A stretch of 64,000 bases of DNA, taken from the NCBI RefSeq assembly GCF_006345805.1, contig NC_043015.1, positions 8,370,001 to 8,434,000 on the forward strand. The letters run 5' to 3'. Each line of letters starts with the position of its first letter. Position 1 is the stretch's first letter. The translations under genes and the position numbers were made by a program. The notes under the pieces were generated by a model. That model was not told the origin of the DNA, made no database searches, and was given only the letters and a program-made list of their open reading frames with translations. Shown here piece after piece: positions 12,291 to 23,379 of this stretch. The DNA comes from Octopus sinensis (Eukaryota).

Positions 12291-13274
12291 AATATGTAGC
12301 TGACTGCAGAAAGACGTTTGAGGAATTTCATCTACTTACTTCGAATATATTAAGCCTCCCGAGTATTGCTGTATATCACAATTCTATGAATTATAGCTGC
12401 ATTGCCTATTAACGTAATAGCTCTTTAATCATACACAACAACTACGTCAATATATTTACAGGAAGCTAAGATTTTGTTCCGAGTCACTTTATTGATTAGC
12501 TTTGATTTTTAACAGACTTTATTATTTTTCATATTCAACGGAAAGCTGCAGTTTACTATATATCAAGATGTATTTGTCTAAACCAGAATATTTCTTGCTT
12601 TAGCTTCTAGTCTGAGCATTTGTCAACCATATGCGTTATATTTACCCACATTGGCAGTTAGCTTATTTATGATAATTGCTTCAACCGGTTTATTGCTAAT
12701 GATTCTTTATTTCCAAAGAAGTTCCCTAATGCGGTCGATTTCAATGAGACAAACCAGCTTGTTTAAGGTTTTTAGATTTGCATTATATTTTACGACCACT
12801 GATTTCCTTAAATCCTGGCATGCTCAAAATATGGTTAGTAATCTCTGGAGATCAATTCCCCTTTCTTTATGAAATATTAAAACCAGCTCATAATTCACCA
12901 AAGAGTATTCAGCATTTTTATTCCTTATTTAATTCACTGTTGACTATTTGCAATTTCCAATGCAATACACAATGTTGCAGGTAGGTGACTGAGATGAATA
13001 GGATTTCTAAAGGTAGTATGAAGAGAATTATTACTGCATTGTGACATAAACTGAAAGACCTTCAATTATGATTGAGAAATGTTTACAAAAGGATAGACAA
13101 ATATCTAAAAGTAAATCATAGCAAATTATAAGCTGATTTACAACAAGTGGCTTCCACCCCGTTGGATAATTTCCATTATAGTAAAGTTTTTCTGGGGCCC
13201 TAAATGTTTTAAACATGATTCACAATATAAGAAGAATACCTTCTCTAAACATGCATGAATAAGTAAACGGCATA

Positions 13275-13590
13275 TCGGTTAGGGCATCGAGAACGATAGT
13301 GAGGTTGTGAGTTAGATTCCACGACCGTGCTGCGTGTTATGTTCTTGAGCAAGACATTTTATTTCACGTTGCTACAGTTAATTCAGCTGTAGAAATGAGT
13401 TGCGACGTCACAGGTGCCAAGCTGTATCGGCGTTTAACTTTCCCTTGGATAACATAAGTGGTGTGGGGAGGGGGAGGCTGGTACGCATGGATGAATGCTG
13501 GTCTTCCATAAACAACGTTGCCGGACTTGTGCCTCGGAGGGTTGCTTTTTAGGTGCAATCCCATTTTCATTAATGACCGAAGGGGTTCTT
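13275..13590 (+). mobile_element. tRNA-headed SINE (type C)
   Basis: B-box-like gttagattcc at 13311; central ttgagcaagacattttatttcacgttgctacagttaattcagctgtagaaatgag shared with the 45723-45990 SINE. Confidence 0.75.
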
Positions 13591-13691
13591 CTCTGAGTAT
13601 TCATATATGTTTATACCGATGATACTGCATATATTTGTAGATTTCTGCTCTCTTTCTCTCTCTCTCTCTCTATACACACACACACACACAG

Positions 13692-13731
<40 letters not shown>

Positions 13732-13751
13732 GCGTGTGTGTGTGTGTGTAT

Positions 13752-14329
13752 AGGCTCAGAAGTGACTGTGTGATAAGTAGCTACCTACAGAAGACATATC
13801 GGACTTCGATATTTTCAGGGTGGAGCTCTCCTTTCCGAAGGACCAGCTTAGGTTCGCTTTCTGGGGTCCCGAGCTGGAGCTAGAGCATTACCCGCAGGAG
13901 GCATATGGCCTGGTCTGGGAGGAAGGAAAAAGAGGCTTTAGTGCCTAAATGTTTATTGCTTGCAAGAGATTCAGCGCCTCAATTTGTAATGGGTTATTAC
14001 GTCCAGAACTGAGACAAGAGGTTTAATGTCTCGTTTTGTTGTTTTTTGTTTTGGAAAAAAAAGAACATTTTTTTTAGAAACAAAAGATTGCCTTCTCCCA
14101 TTTATACCATCATATTCATTAATGATATTTTTGTCCAGCCAGCAAGCTACACCCTCTGTATAAGGCCTTCATCGGCAATGGAATGAAATAAACTAGCTAG
14201 CTAACCAACCACATGATTCTGGGTTGTCCCTATGCATGGCGCCTTGGGCAAGTGTCATCTATTAGAACATCAGGCCGACCAAAGTCTTGTGAGTGGTTTG
14301 GTAGACGGAAGCTGAAAGAAGCCCATCGT

Positions 14330-14389
<60 letters not shown>

Positions 14390-14597
14390 TGTTTATGGTT
14401 TTGTGTGTGTGTGTGTGTGTGTGTCCGCCCCCGACACCAACATCGCTAGACTACCGATGCTGCTGTGATTACCTTCTCATAACCTATCGGTTCAGTAACG
14501 AGGCGGATACAAGTACTGGGCTTACAAAGAATAAGTTCTGGCGTCAATTTTGTCGACTAAAGACGGTGCTCCAGCATGGTCGCAGTCAAAATAACTG
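13752..14597 (+). mobile_element. Type A tRNA-headed SINE, head split by a 405-bp insertion
   Basis: Head at 13752-13788 resumes at 14194; body and tail match 25941, 27896 and 33657. Confidence 0.85.
13789..14193 (+). other. Orphan retro-insertion: 52-codon ORF end, UTR-like sequence and AATAAA, with an imperfect 11-bp target-site duplication (TSD)
   Basis: tagctacctac (13778-13788) vs tagctagctaa (14194-14204); open frame 13790-13948; aataaa at 14187-14192. Confidence 0.6.
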
Positions 14598-14635
14598 AAA
14601 CAAATAAAAGTTTAAAATAAAATAATATATATATT

Positions 14636-14666
<31 letters not shown>

Positions 14667-14677
14667 ACGCACACACA

Positions 14678-14722
<45 letters not shown>

Positions 14723-14744
14723 GTATTATATATATATATGAATA

Positions 14745-14810
14745 CAAACAATTATTTGTTTGTATTCCACCTGCCTTCGTCTTTTGTCTATTTTCATAAA
14801 ACTTCCCGTT
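14745..14810 (+). mobile_element. Extreme 3' terminus of a Penelope-like terminal repeat
   Basis: Near-identical to 59510-59572 (tccacctgccttcgtcttttgtctattttcataaa..ttcccgt), followed by (TA)n. Confidence 0.7.
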
Positions 14811-14888
14811 ATATATATATATATATGTATATGTATATATGTATGTATGTATGTATTTTTGTATGTATATAATAGTATATGAAATATA

Positions 14889-15151
14889 CTCGGAAAGAAA
14901 AACCACTGTGGATTTCTTACATGCTAAAAATGGCAGTCAAAAACCAAAAGCACGAAAATATATTCTTACATTGTACGTGAGCAAGACACTTGGGAGAATG
15001 AAAATCTCATTTAACCGTAATGTTTATTCATCCAATTGTCTTACTCGCATACAATTAACGTGCTGTTAGTTAAGAATATTTTTTCGTGGTTTTGGGCTTT
15101 GGTTGCCATTTGTAGCATGTAAGAAATCTACATAGTTGTTTTCTCTCCGTG
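14889..15151. mobile_element. 263-bp MITE with terminal inverted repeats (TIRs) of about 80 bp starting CAC/CTC-GG, flanked by TA
   Basis: 14889-14969 is the reverse complement of about 15071-15151; TA at 14887-14888 and 15152-15153. Confidence 0.7.
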
Positions 15152-15836
15152 TATATTTCATACACTATAATATTGAAAAATATTCGTCTTTCGACTTTTA
15201 GATGCTAGCAACTGGTGAAAACTTATTTAATACTTTTTATCCTCGTATTTAAAAAGTTAAATATTTAAATTCTTTGGACAGATGGTGTACGTTTGAATTT
15301 ATTCAGTGCTATACTACTCTGGTTTTGCACGTTGAGTTGAAGGCATTTGATCTTAATTATTGATGTATAAAGATACAACTAAATGCGCATGTTTAAATTG
15401 TGTTTTCGGTACATATTGTAGTCTCATAATTTATACATTTTACAACGACTTTACTGCCGAGGTTAATTGACATATTATTTGATTTATTTCGTCATTAATG
15501 GTGAAAATCATGAGTATAAGGTTAACTGATATATTTATTCACTCAAATAACTTGCTCGCGCACAAACAACGTCGTCTAATGTAAGGATATACTTTCTTGG
15601 GTTTGGGGCTTTTATTGCCATTTTTAGGATGTAAGAAACCCACATAGTTGTTGTTTTCTCCGTGTATATTTCACGCAAGATCATATTTAAAAATATTCAT
15701 GTCTTTTTACCTTTATTACGCATGCTAACCACTGGTAAAAGTTATTCAATAATTTTTACCCTTGTATTTATAAAGTTATACACACATACTTACATACATA
15801 CATACATAATACATACATAATACATACATACATACA

Positions 15837-15867
<31 letters not shown>

Positions 15868-15870
15868 TTA

Positions 15871-15939
15871 AACCACCTGATGAATGACTGTAACTCGAAA
15901 ATTTAAAGAAATTAACAGCCATGAAACGATCGTAGTGTT
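15871..15939 (+). ncRNA. Minimal type I hammerhead ribozyme
   Basis: Stem I aaccac/gtgtt; CTGATGA 15877-15883; stem II atgactgt/acagccat (7 of 8 pairs); GAAA 15923-15926; C-GATC-G; GUA site, predicted cut after 15934. Confidence 0.75.
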
Positions 15940-16148
15940 ATATTAATTATATTTTTAAAAATTATTTTGTTATATATTTAAATAATATAAATTAAATAAT
16001 CTTATGTATTGGCTTAAGTTTTTCATTGTATGATTTGCCTAATAGTGGTTTTATCTCTAATTTAATATAATATAATATTTTACTATAAAATTGGATTCAA
16101 TCCTAAATCTGATTTTTCCCTGTAAGTTTGGATTCATTCCCTAATATT

Positions 16149-16150
<2 letters not shown>
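15871..16150 (+). mobile_element. Penelope-type terminal repeat fragment carrying a hammerhead motif
   Basis: Starts with the HHR motif; ends ..ccctgtaagtttggattcattccctaatattttat into (TA)n; (TACA)n upstream. Confidence 0.7.
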
Positions 16151-16243
<93 letters not shown>

Positions 16244-17736
16244 GTAGAAATACTTAACAGGATATATACATACACACATATATATATGTATATATAAAAA
16301 CTGTTGCAGAAATACTTTAAAAAACCCGCATTTTCACAAACACTCGAGCATTTGTGTACTTTTATATATGATATTTCCATATATTTATACACAAATGTTT
16401 CTGATATTTTAGGTAATGTGGTTTGATATTATACAGAGAAAAATGTGACTGTACAATATATTGAGGTATTATGATGATTTTTTTAACTATGTATTTTATA
16501 TTATCTAACTCGCTTAGTCAGCTCAAATGCTGAATTATTCAAAAGATACGTAAACAAATAAACAGGACAGAAACCTAAGGCAAAGAAAACGTTACATATT
16601 AAAATCTGTTGAATCGAGAAGGGAATAATGCATAAATCTTAGTCTATGGAAATAATCGCAATATTGTTTATTGTCAATTATTCTAATAAACTGGGAAGCC
16701 TTGTATCTTGCATTTAATTATGGTAATTATTTGTTTGCATTTTAATTAACACGCTAATGATTTTTATTAGAATGATAGAGAAATGGATCTTCATTTCCTT
16801 CAAATTTAAATACCTTTCCATGATGCATTCATTTACCTGTGTGACTTGAATTATTTTAGTTTGCGTATGGGTTTCGTTGTTTAAGTATTTGTACAATAAT
16901 TCATATAAATGTTTTGAGTTTTGTGTATTGACAGCGCGTGTGTGTGTGTATATGTCATTTTACAGAAACTAGTTTGTGATCTGAATAACCTCTGTGTGAA
17001 TATATTATTAATTTTTGTATTGTATTTCATCTCGAAGTCAAACACTTTTTTATGCTCTTATGCAGATATCTGTAAATGAGTGTATGTACGGTTGAATTTA
17101 GACAAATGACTACAGTATCAACCACAAACTCATGCATAAAAATCAACCATTAATATAAGATTTACATACTTCTACAGAGACGTGGTGTAGAGTTTCAATG
17201 TTTCTAACTTTCATGACGTAGAATTCCCATGTTTATTCTTATTTACCTACTGACACCAACAAAAGTTAAATATTAGACTGGCTTTTCTTACGATGTTCTA
17301 TTTCTTATTAACGTTCTAATCGTATTTGGTTGTCTATTAGAAATATATTCTCAGATCATTTTGAATTCAATGCTTGTTAGATAACCTTGATAATGTGTTG
17401 ATAATATATATTTTTGGATGTACTGACATGACTTTCTAATTTTTACGAGTTTCTGAATCTATATATGATGGCAAAATAAGAACGATTGTAGATAATGTAT
17501 GGCGTAATAACCAATGAAATATATGACGCTCCCTATTCTTATTATTGTAGTTTTTATTTCGAATTTCTTGAACGTCGTCTAAGAGATACTTGGACTTACA
17601 CGAAGGAATACATGAAGGAATACCTTTAATGCTTATTCTACATCTATTTATTGGTAACTGTTCAACATACTTAACCAAATTTATTTACCATTGGGTGCTT
17701 TATAGATACTGGATACCCATTTGACATTGTATATAG

Positions 17737-17773
<37 letters not shown>

Positions 17774-17959
17774 TAGTTGATTAATTATCTTAGTATGGAT
17801 AATTCGGTCAACCGATACCTGGTTAGCAAATTCACGTCCGAAAATCACGGTTGAAGCTACATGCCAAGAGCAGAGATCACGTGCTTCCGTGTGGAAATTT
17901 GTGTGTTTTACTTAATACAAATAAATGATAGAATGCAATTGAACGACGATTTAACAAAA

Positions 17960-18058
17960 TTCCTTTATTCTCGACATATGTTTCGAAGGCTGCATATTCC
18001 TAATTTGGAAGGAATAAGGGGTGCATTATGCCGCCTTCTCATCAGGAAAAACAAGGAA
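17960..18058 (-). ncRNA. Minimal type I hammerhead ribozyme with intact core
   Basis: Minus strand: ttccttgtttttc-CTGATGA-gaaggcggcata..tatgcagccttc-GAAA-C-ATAT-G-TC/gagaataaagga; stem II 11 of 12 pairs; predicted cut between 17973 and 17972. Confidence 0.85.
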
Positions 18059-18176
18059 CTTATGTCAGCATCAAAATGAACGAAAGATCTTAGATGACTG
18101 CCCACAGAGGGCCCATAGCAATGTGTGGGCAGTCATCTAAGAGCTTTTGTTCATCTTGACTTGATGCTGACATAAG

Positions 18177-18274
18177 TTCCTTGTTTTTCCTGATAAGAAG
18201 GCGGCATAATGCACCCCTTATTCCTTCAAAATTAGGATTATGCAGCCTTCAAAACAAATGTCGAGAACAAAGGA
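18177..18274 (+). pseudogene. Inactivated copy of the same hammerhead
   Basis: CTGATAA instead of CTGATGA (18190-18196), AAAA instead of GAAA (18251-18254), loop AAAT instead of ATAT. Confidence 0.8.
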
Positions 18275-18311
18275 ATTTTGTTAAATCGTCGTTCAACTCC
18301 ATTCTTTCATT

Positions 18312-18355
<44 letters not shown>

Positions 18356-18543
18356 CATGTGTGTGTGTGTGTGCGTGTTTGTGTATGTGTACGGGTGTTT
18401 GTGTGGGTGTGTCTGTGTGTGTATTTAAGTATGTATGCAATTGTTATTTGTAGCTGTGTTTGTCGTCCCACATCGGTTGTCAAACCATCGTGGCGGACAA
18501 GCGCAGACACACGAACATGTGCAAAGAAACACACACTTATATA

Positions 18544-18575
<32 letters not shown>

Positions 18576-18584
18576 ATTATATAA

Positions 18585-19215
18585 AGACATCTGCATCCAC
18601 CCCATGAAGGTCTCTCAGGTCCTTCGGGAGGATATTGAAGAGCTGTGGTCCTCCGAAGCCCAGGCTATCACACTATCTTGTCCTAATCTTGATGGCAAAT
18701 TTGGAGTCCTTGGCACTATTCAGTGTCGCCCAGTTCTAGTATTTGTGTAACTCTCGATGCCAAAGTTTGTGACAAGTCCTTCCAGTATTTTCCAGATGTA
18801 TATTATGGCATTTTTTTCTCGCCTACCCTCTAAGGAATAGAGTCTTAATCTCTTGAGTCTTAATCTCGTTGGATCGCGTGTGATTAATTTGACACTGGAT
18901 GGTGACCATAGCTGAGAACAATAGTCAAAGTGGCTAAGGACAAGTGTCCTCCAGAGGACCATCATGGTTTCTTGGTCTCTTGTTCTAAAGGCTCTCAGAA
19001 TCCACCCGGTCAGCCGCCTACATTTCATTGCCAATTTAGCAACATGCACATGAACTGTTGCATCATTACTCATGTAAATACCCAGGTCTCGCACTGATTG
19101 TGACTGTCGGATTGCAATCCCTCCTGGTCCAGTGTATTTATTGGGTATTGCATTTAGTTTTGCATGCTGATAGCATAATGTTTGAAACTTTTCAGCATTG
19201 AACTGCATGCTATGT
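18585..19215 (-). mobile_element. CR1/L2-group LINE ORF2 C-terminal fragment
   Basis: MQFNAEKFQ, VRDLGIYM, LVLSHFDYCSQLWSP, LYSLEGRREK..IYIWKILEGLV, GPQLFNILP. Confidence 0.85.
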
Positions 19216-19225
19216 TATCATATTT

Positions 19226-19257
<32 letters not shown>

Positions 19258-20151
19258 TACATGTATGCGTGTATATAAATGCAGACTTACATACAGAGGC
19301 ATAAATACAAATATGGTTGCTCAAATATATATTACCTACCAAAATTAGTACCTAGCCTCCGCGTTTTACTGAGTTTACAGGTATATATCTCTGATTCTTA
19401 TCACACCGACGACCTTGATAATTACATACTAAATGTAAATCCATTGCTCCTCTCTTTACCATTCTCTCAAGCAACTTTACATCTCACATTGAATTCTCTA
19501 TTACTGAAGAGAGGGTGCTTCATATTTTACAAACAGTTTAAGGTTAGTAACGTTATATAATTGTTTTTGTAGTATATTCTTTCAAATGTTAGCATTAGAT
19601 GTAATTCGGCGTATGCAAGACAATTCCTCTTTGTAATTCTTTTCATTCATATGCGGTTCTTATATAAAAAAATAAAAAAAACTTACGAAAATTTATTTTT
19701 ATGGATATTTGAAAGCAAATGATTGTTTCCCTATAAGTGAAATATTATTCCTGTGTAGTGACAGAATCAGTGATTCGCTCGTCCGGAAGAGGTGTATTTT
19801 TGTTACAAATAAATAAGAAGACATTTTGCCGTATCTCTAGATTTCTCAGAACATGTATCATAAATGAAAAGCAATTAAATAGTTTTATATTATTTCTTAT
19901 TCTGTTCCAATTCTATATAATTTCATTATATCGAAGACAATATGCTATAATTTATTTCAGATAAGCGTGTTTAGTTTTACTTCTTTAAGTATAATTTGCG
20001 TTTCAATAACTTAAATGAAAATAAAATAAAACAATGCCATTTCAGACCTGTCTATCCAAGGAAAATGTTAGATGTTATATAAAAAAATATATGAAATAAA
20101 CAATGCACTATGTATTAAGACACTCAAGACTCACAGATACACATCAATATG

Positions 20152-20153
20152 GC

Positions 20154-20215
<62 letters not shown>

Positions 20216-20276
20216 GTATATATATATGTGTATATATATATGTACATATATACATATATTTATATATATATGTATG

Positions 20277-20315
<39 letters not shown>

Positions 20316-20395
20316 ATATATATACACACACACACATACGTATAATTATATATGTGTATATGTTTGTATACTTATATGTCCTTATATATATATGT
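20152..20395. repeat. Compound (TA)n/(TG)n/(CA)n microsatellite; many similar tracts occur across the window
   Basis: Direct reading. Confidence 0.9.
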
Positions 20396-21500
20396 GTAGG
20401 TGGCTGATTGTGCAATAAGCATACATAATATGTCCTCCTAAATTTTAATGTATTTAGAGAGTAATTCAAAAATTCAATATTTTCTGAATTATTTCACCTC
20501 TCCGAATTTCCGCGAATTTAATGCAAAATTAAATAAATAAATACGTAAAATAACTATTATTATTTCATCGAAGAAAAACAGAAACCTTTTATTGAAAAAG
20601 TGATGGTGTTTAGAAAAATCTGATTTTTATGAAATTTTACAGTATCAATTGTTTTTAAAGAAATGATGTATATTCTTACCTACGTCTGAAGCTGTCAAAG
20701 TGTTTTTATTTTTCCCTTGTTATGCAGTAGATATATTATACAGATATACTTTACGGATTTTAAAAGGAATATAATTGTTCCCTTCTCAGTGGAAACTATA
20801 AGAATTTCAGTGTTATGTAAATAAATTTTTTCTGAAAACTTGTTTCGAGAAAATCCGTAACTCAAACGTCATAATGATGCCCTGCTTCAACCGTTCTGTT
20901 GACATACAACTTTTGGAACTACAGACACTGATAATATTGCTGTTGCTAGTTACTTATTAAAATTTCATGGAGTGGTTATCTGTAAGGATAGAATTTGATT
21001 GGGTTTGCTTTTGTTGACGGTGGGTCTAGTATATTTGTAGTTACTATTTTAGTAGCAATATTCATGATGATTACACCCCATGGGTCAAAGATAGATCACA
21101 TAACATTTACACTAGTACACTAGATTACCTCATTATATCATGTACTATTTTTCAACTGGTGGTACTTAGCTTATTCATGATAATAATAATGTTTCGATAG
21201 CATTGTATAAAAGCCTTTTGTTGGGCAATTATGGCGGTTGCATCGGTTGTTGCGCAGGGTTGTTGACGACTTATAGCGTCGGTGTTCAACTTTGATATGC
21301 GTAGGTGCGCGTGCCCGCGAGGAACATAAAGAGAGAGAGAGAGAGACTTGGAATATATAGAGCGAAGAGAGAGAGGGAGACCGAAAGATAGATAAATAAA
21401 TATTGCGACGTTAGAAAACACTCAAGTACAAACGCAGACACAATGTGCAGAATACACAAATATTTCCATACACTTACAGAGATATAACCCCCCATATATA

Positions 21501-21542
<42 letters not shown>

Positions 21543-21569
21543 TATATATAATATATATATATATATTAT

Positions 21570-21612
<43 letters not shown>

Positions 21613-22389
21613 ATTTAAAAATCTAGATAGATAGATGGATAGATAGATATATGTGTGCATATATATATATATATAATATATATATATATACACACAAACA
21701 CATACATACCCGCGCACTCACATAAGCACGCTCACATATACACGCATATGTATGTATATATAGACACACGCACACGCACACACGTATATATTAGTGTGTG
21801 TGTGTCTGTGTGTTCCTGTGTGTGTGTGTGTACGTGTAGGGAGTATAATGCGCATTTATTTGAAGTGGTCCAACCTATTTTCCTGATTTTCTGTATGTTT
21901 GAAAAGGAATTTACCTCGTAGGTATATTACAGAAACAATTATGCTTCGTGAGTTCTAGTGCCTGGAAATATATTGGAAAATATATTATATGTGTACGAGC
22001 AAGCATTTACCCACTTGTTATGTACATTAGGAATAGGAGCTGAATATATATCCCACTGCATTCTTCCCAGTGTAAATTGAACATATAGAAAACCTTAGTC
22101 CAGTAAAATTATCATCGTCTAATAATATGGCATGCAAACATGTGAACTGTGAAAAATATTAAATGTGATTTTAAGAGGAATCTTGATTAGAGAAAACAAA
22201 TATTATAGCAATAGTTACAAGAATATCCTTTTCAAATGTTGGCATTTGACCAGTAATTTTGGAGGAGGTAATTCTCCTAGTATAGGAATCCATCCACATT
22301 TCATGATTCGCGTTTCCGATAGTAGACGCGTCTTAAGGCGCCTACTATAACAGGAATTATTCCTGTTTTAGGGACCACGTTGGACTTAC

Positions 22390-23345
22390 TTTTATTTTTA
22401 TGTCTTTGCATTTTGAAAATTCATCCGTTTCTTTTAGATAAACGCTGGCATTTGTTATATTGATACATCGATTAGAAAGTATTTTTCTCTAGGTGATATC
22501 TCAGAAGTTTAACTGGCCTTTTGACCTTCATTTCTCAATCTGTGTATTTGCATATCCCAGAATATAGTTAATTTCTCATTTTCTGTGACCTCTTCTGCTG
22601 TGTGCCTTCACCATCTTCTTTCTGTTGTTATTCCATAGTGTTGGCGTAGCTTCCAGTGTATATAGCTGCTAACTCTGTCTTGTCTATGAATATATACCTT
22701 ATAAGCCAGGAATGGGCAGCCAGAGACAATATTATTTATTGTTTATTCTTCATCAACACATAATCTGATGTTACTTCTATTTCTTTTCAACACGTGTTTT
22801 TGGTGGCTGTTGTTAGCAAAGCTTTGGTCTTCTGCTGCAGTTTAAGATCCTTCAGTCTTTGTTGTCAGTCCTGAGCTTCTCAGCCATTGTTGGGACTTTT
22901 CATTGTCTCTTTCCTTTCCGTTTAGCTTAACACAATATTTGCCATGCATAGGAGGCTTTTCTTGCCATTATTTTATCATATTTTGCCGTTTCGGTTTTTG
23001 TTTGGATTTCAGTTGTTTTACAGCTTTTGTTGTTTCTTCTTTTTATTCATAGTAGTTAGGTACTATGACTTCTTTTTTTTTCTATTTGTGAGCTTCCTTA
23101 AAGACAGAAAACAGTTTCTATTTTATTCGTTTTTTTGCCTATTTGTATTACTTTTCCTAGCTTCTGAAGTAGGTATTTCTGTAATCCAATGCTGCTTATT
23201 TTGTAATAGTTTTCTAATTCTATGAAGCTTCCACCACATTCGAAACGTTGTATATATAGATTTATTTCTTATGTCAGATCCTGAGTGCTGCATCCTGTAT
23301 CTTGTCATTATTTTCTTGTTTCCAGTCTATTTTGATTAGTTCATT
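22390..23345 (-). mobile_element. Diverged R4/Dong-like LINE fragment (RT C-terminus to REL region)
   Basis: Colinear similarity to about 1100-2090, e.g. gtcctgagcttctcagccattg, ttgtttattcttcatcaacacata, tttcctgtttccagtctattttg-like. Confidence 0.8.
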
Positions 23346-23379
23346 TAGAGTTTACATAAACATTCACAGACTTGACAGG

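Larger units (their letters stand above)
17770..18314. mobile_element. Head-to-head Penelope-type terminal repeats forming a palindrome (arms 17921-18106 / 18124-18314, 17-nt spacer) between (TA)n tracts
   Basis: Arms are reverse complements at about 90% or more; the minus-strand arm continues to (TA)n at about 17770 and the plus-strand arm ends in (TA)n at 18314. Confidence 0.85.

Noticed and set aside
12550-13030. Possible minus-strand RT relic (DRIRELLWK-like)
   Set aside because: Too decayed to assign without a profile search.
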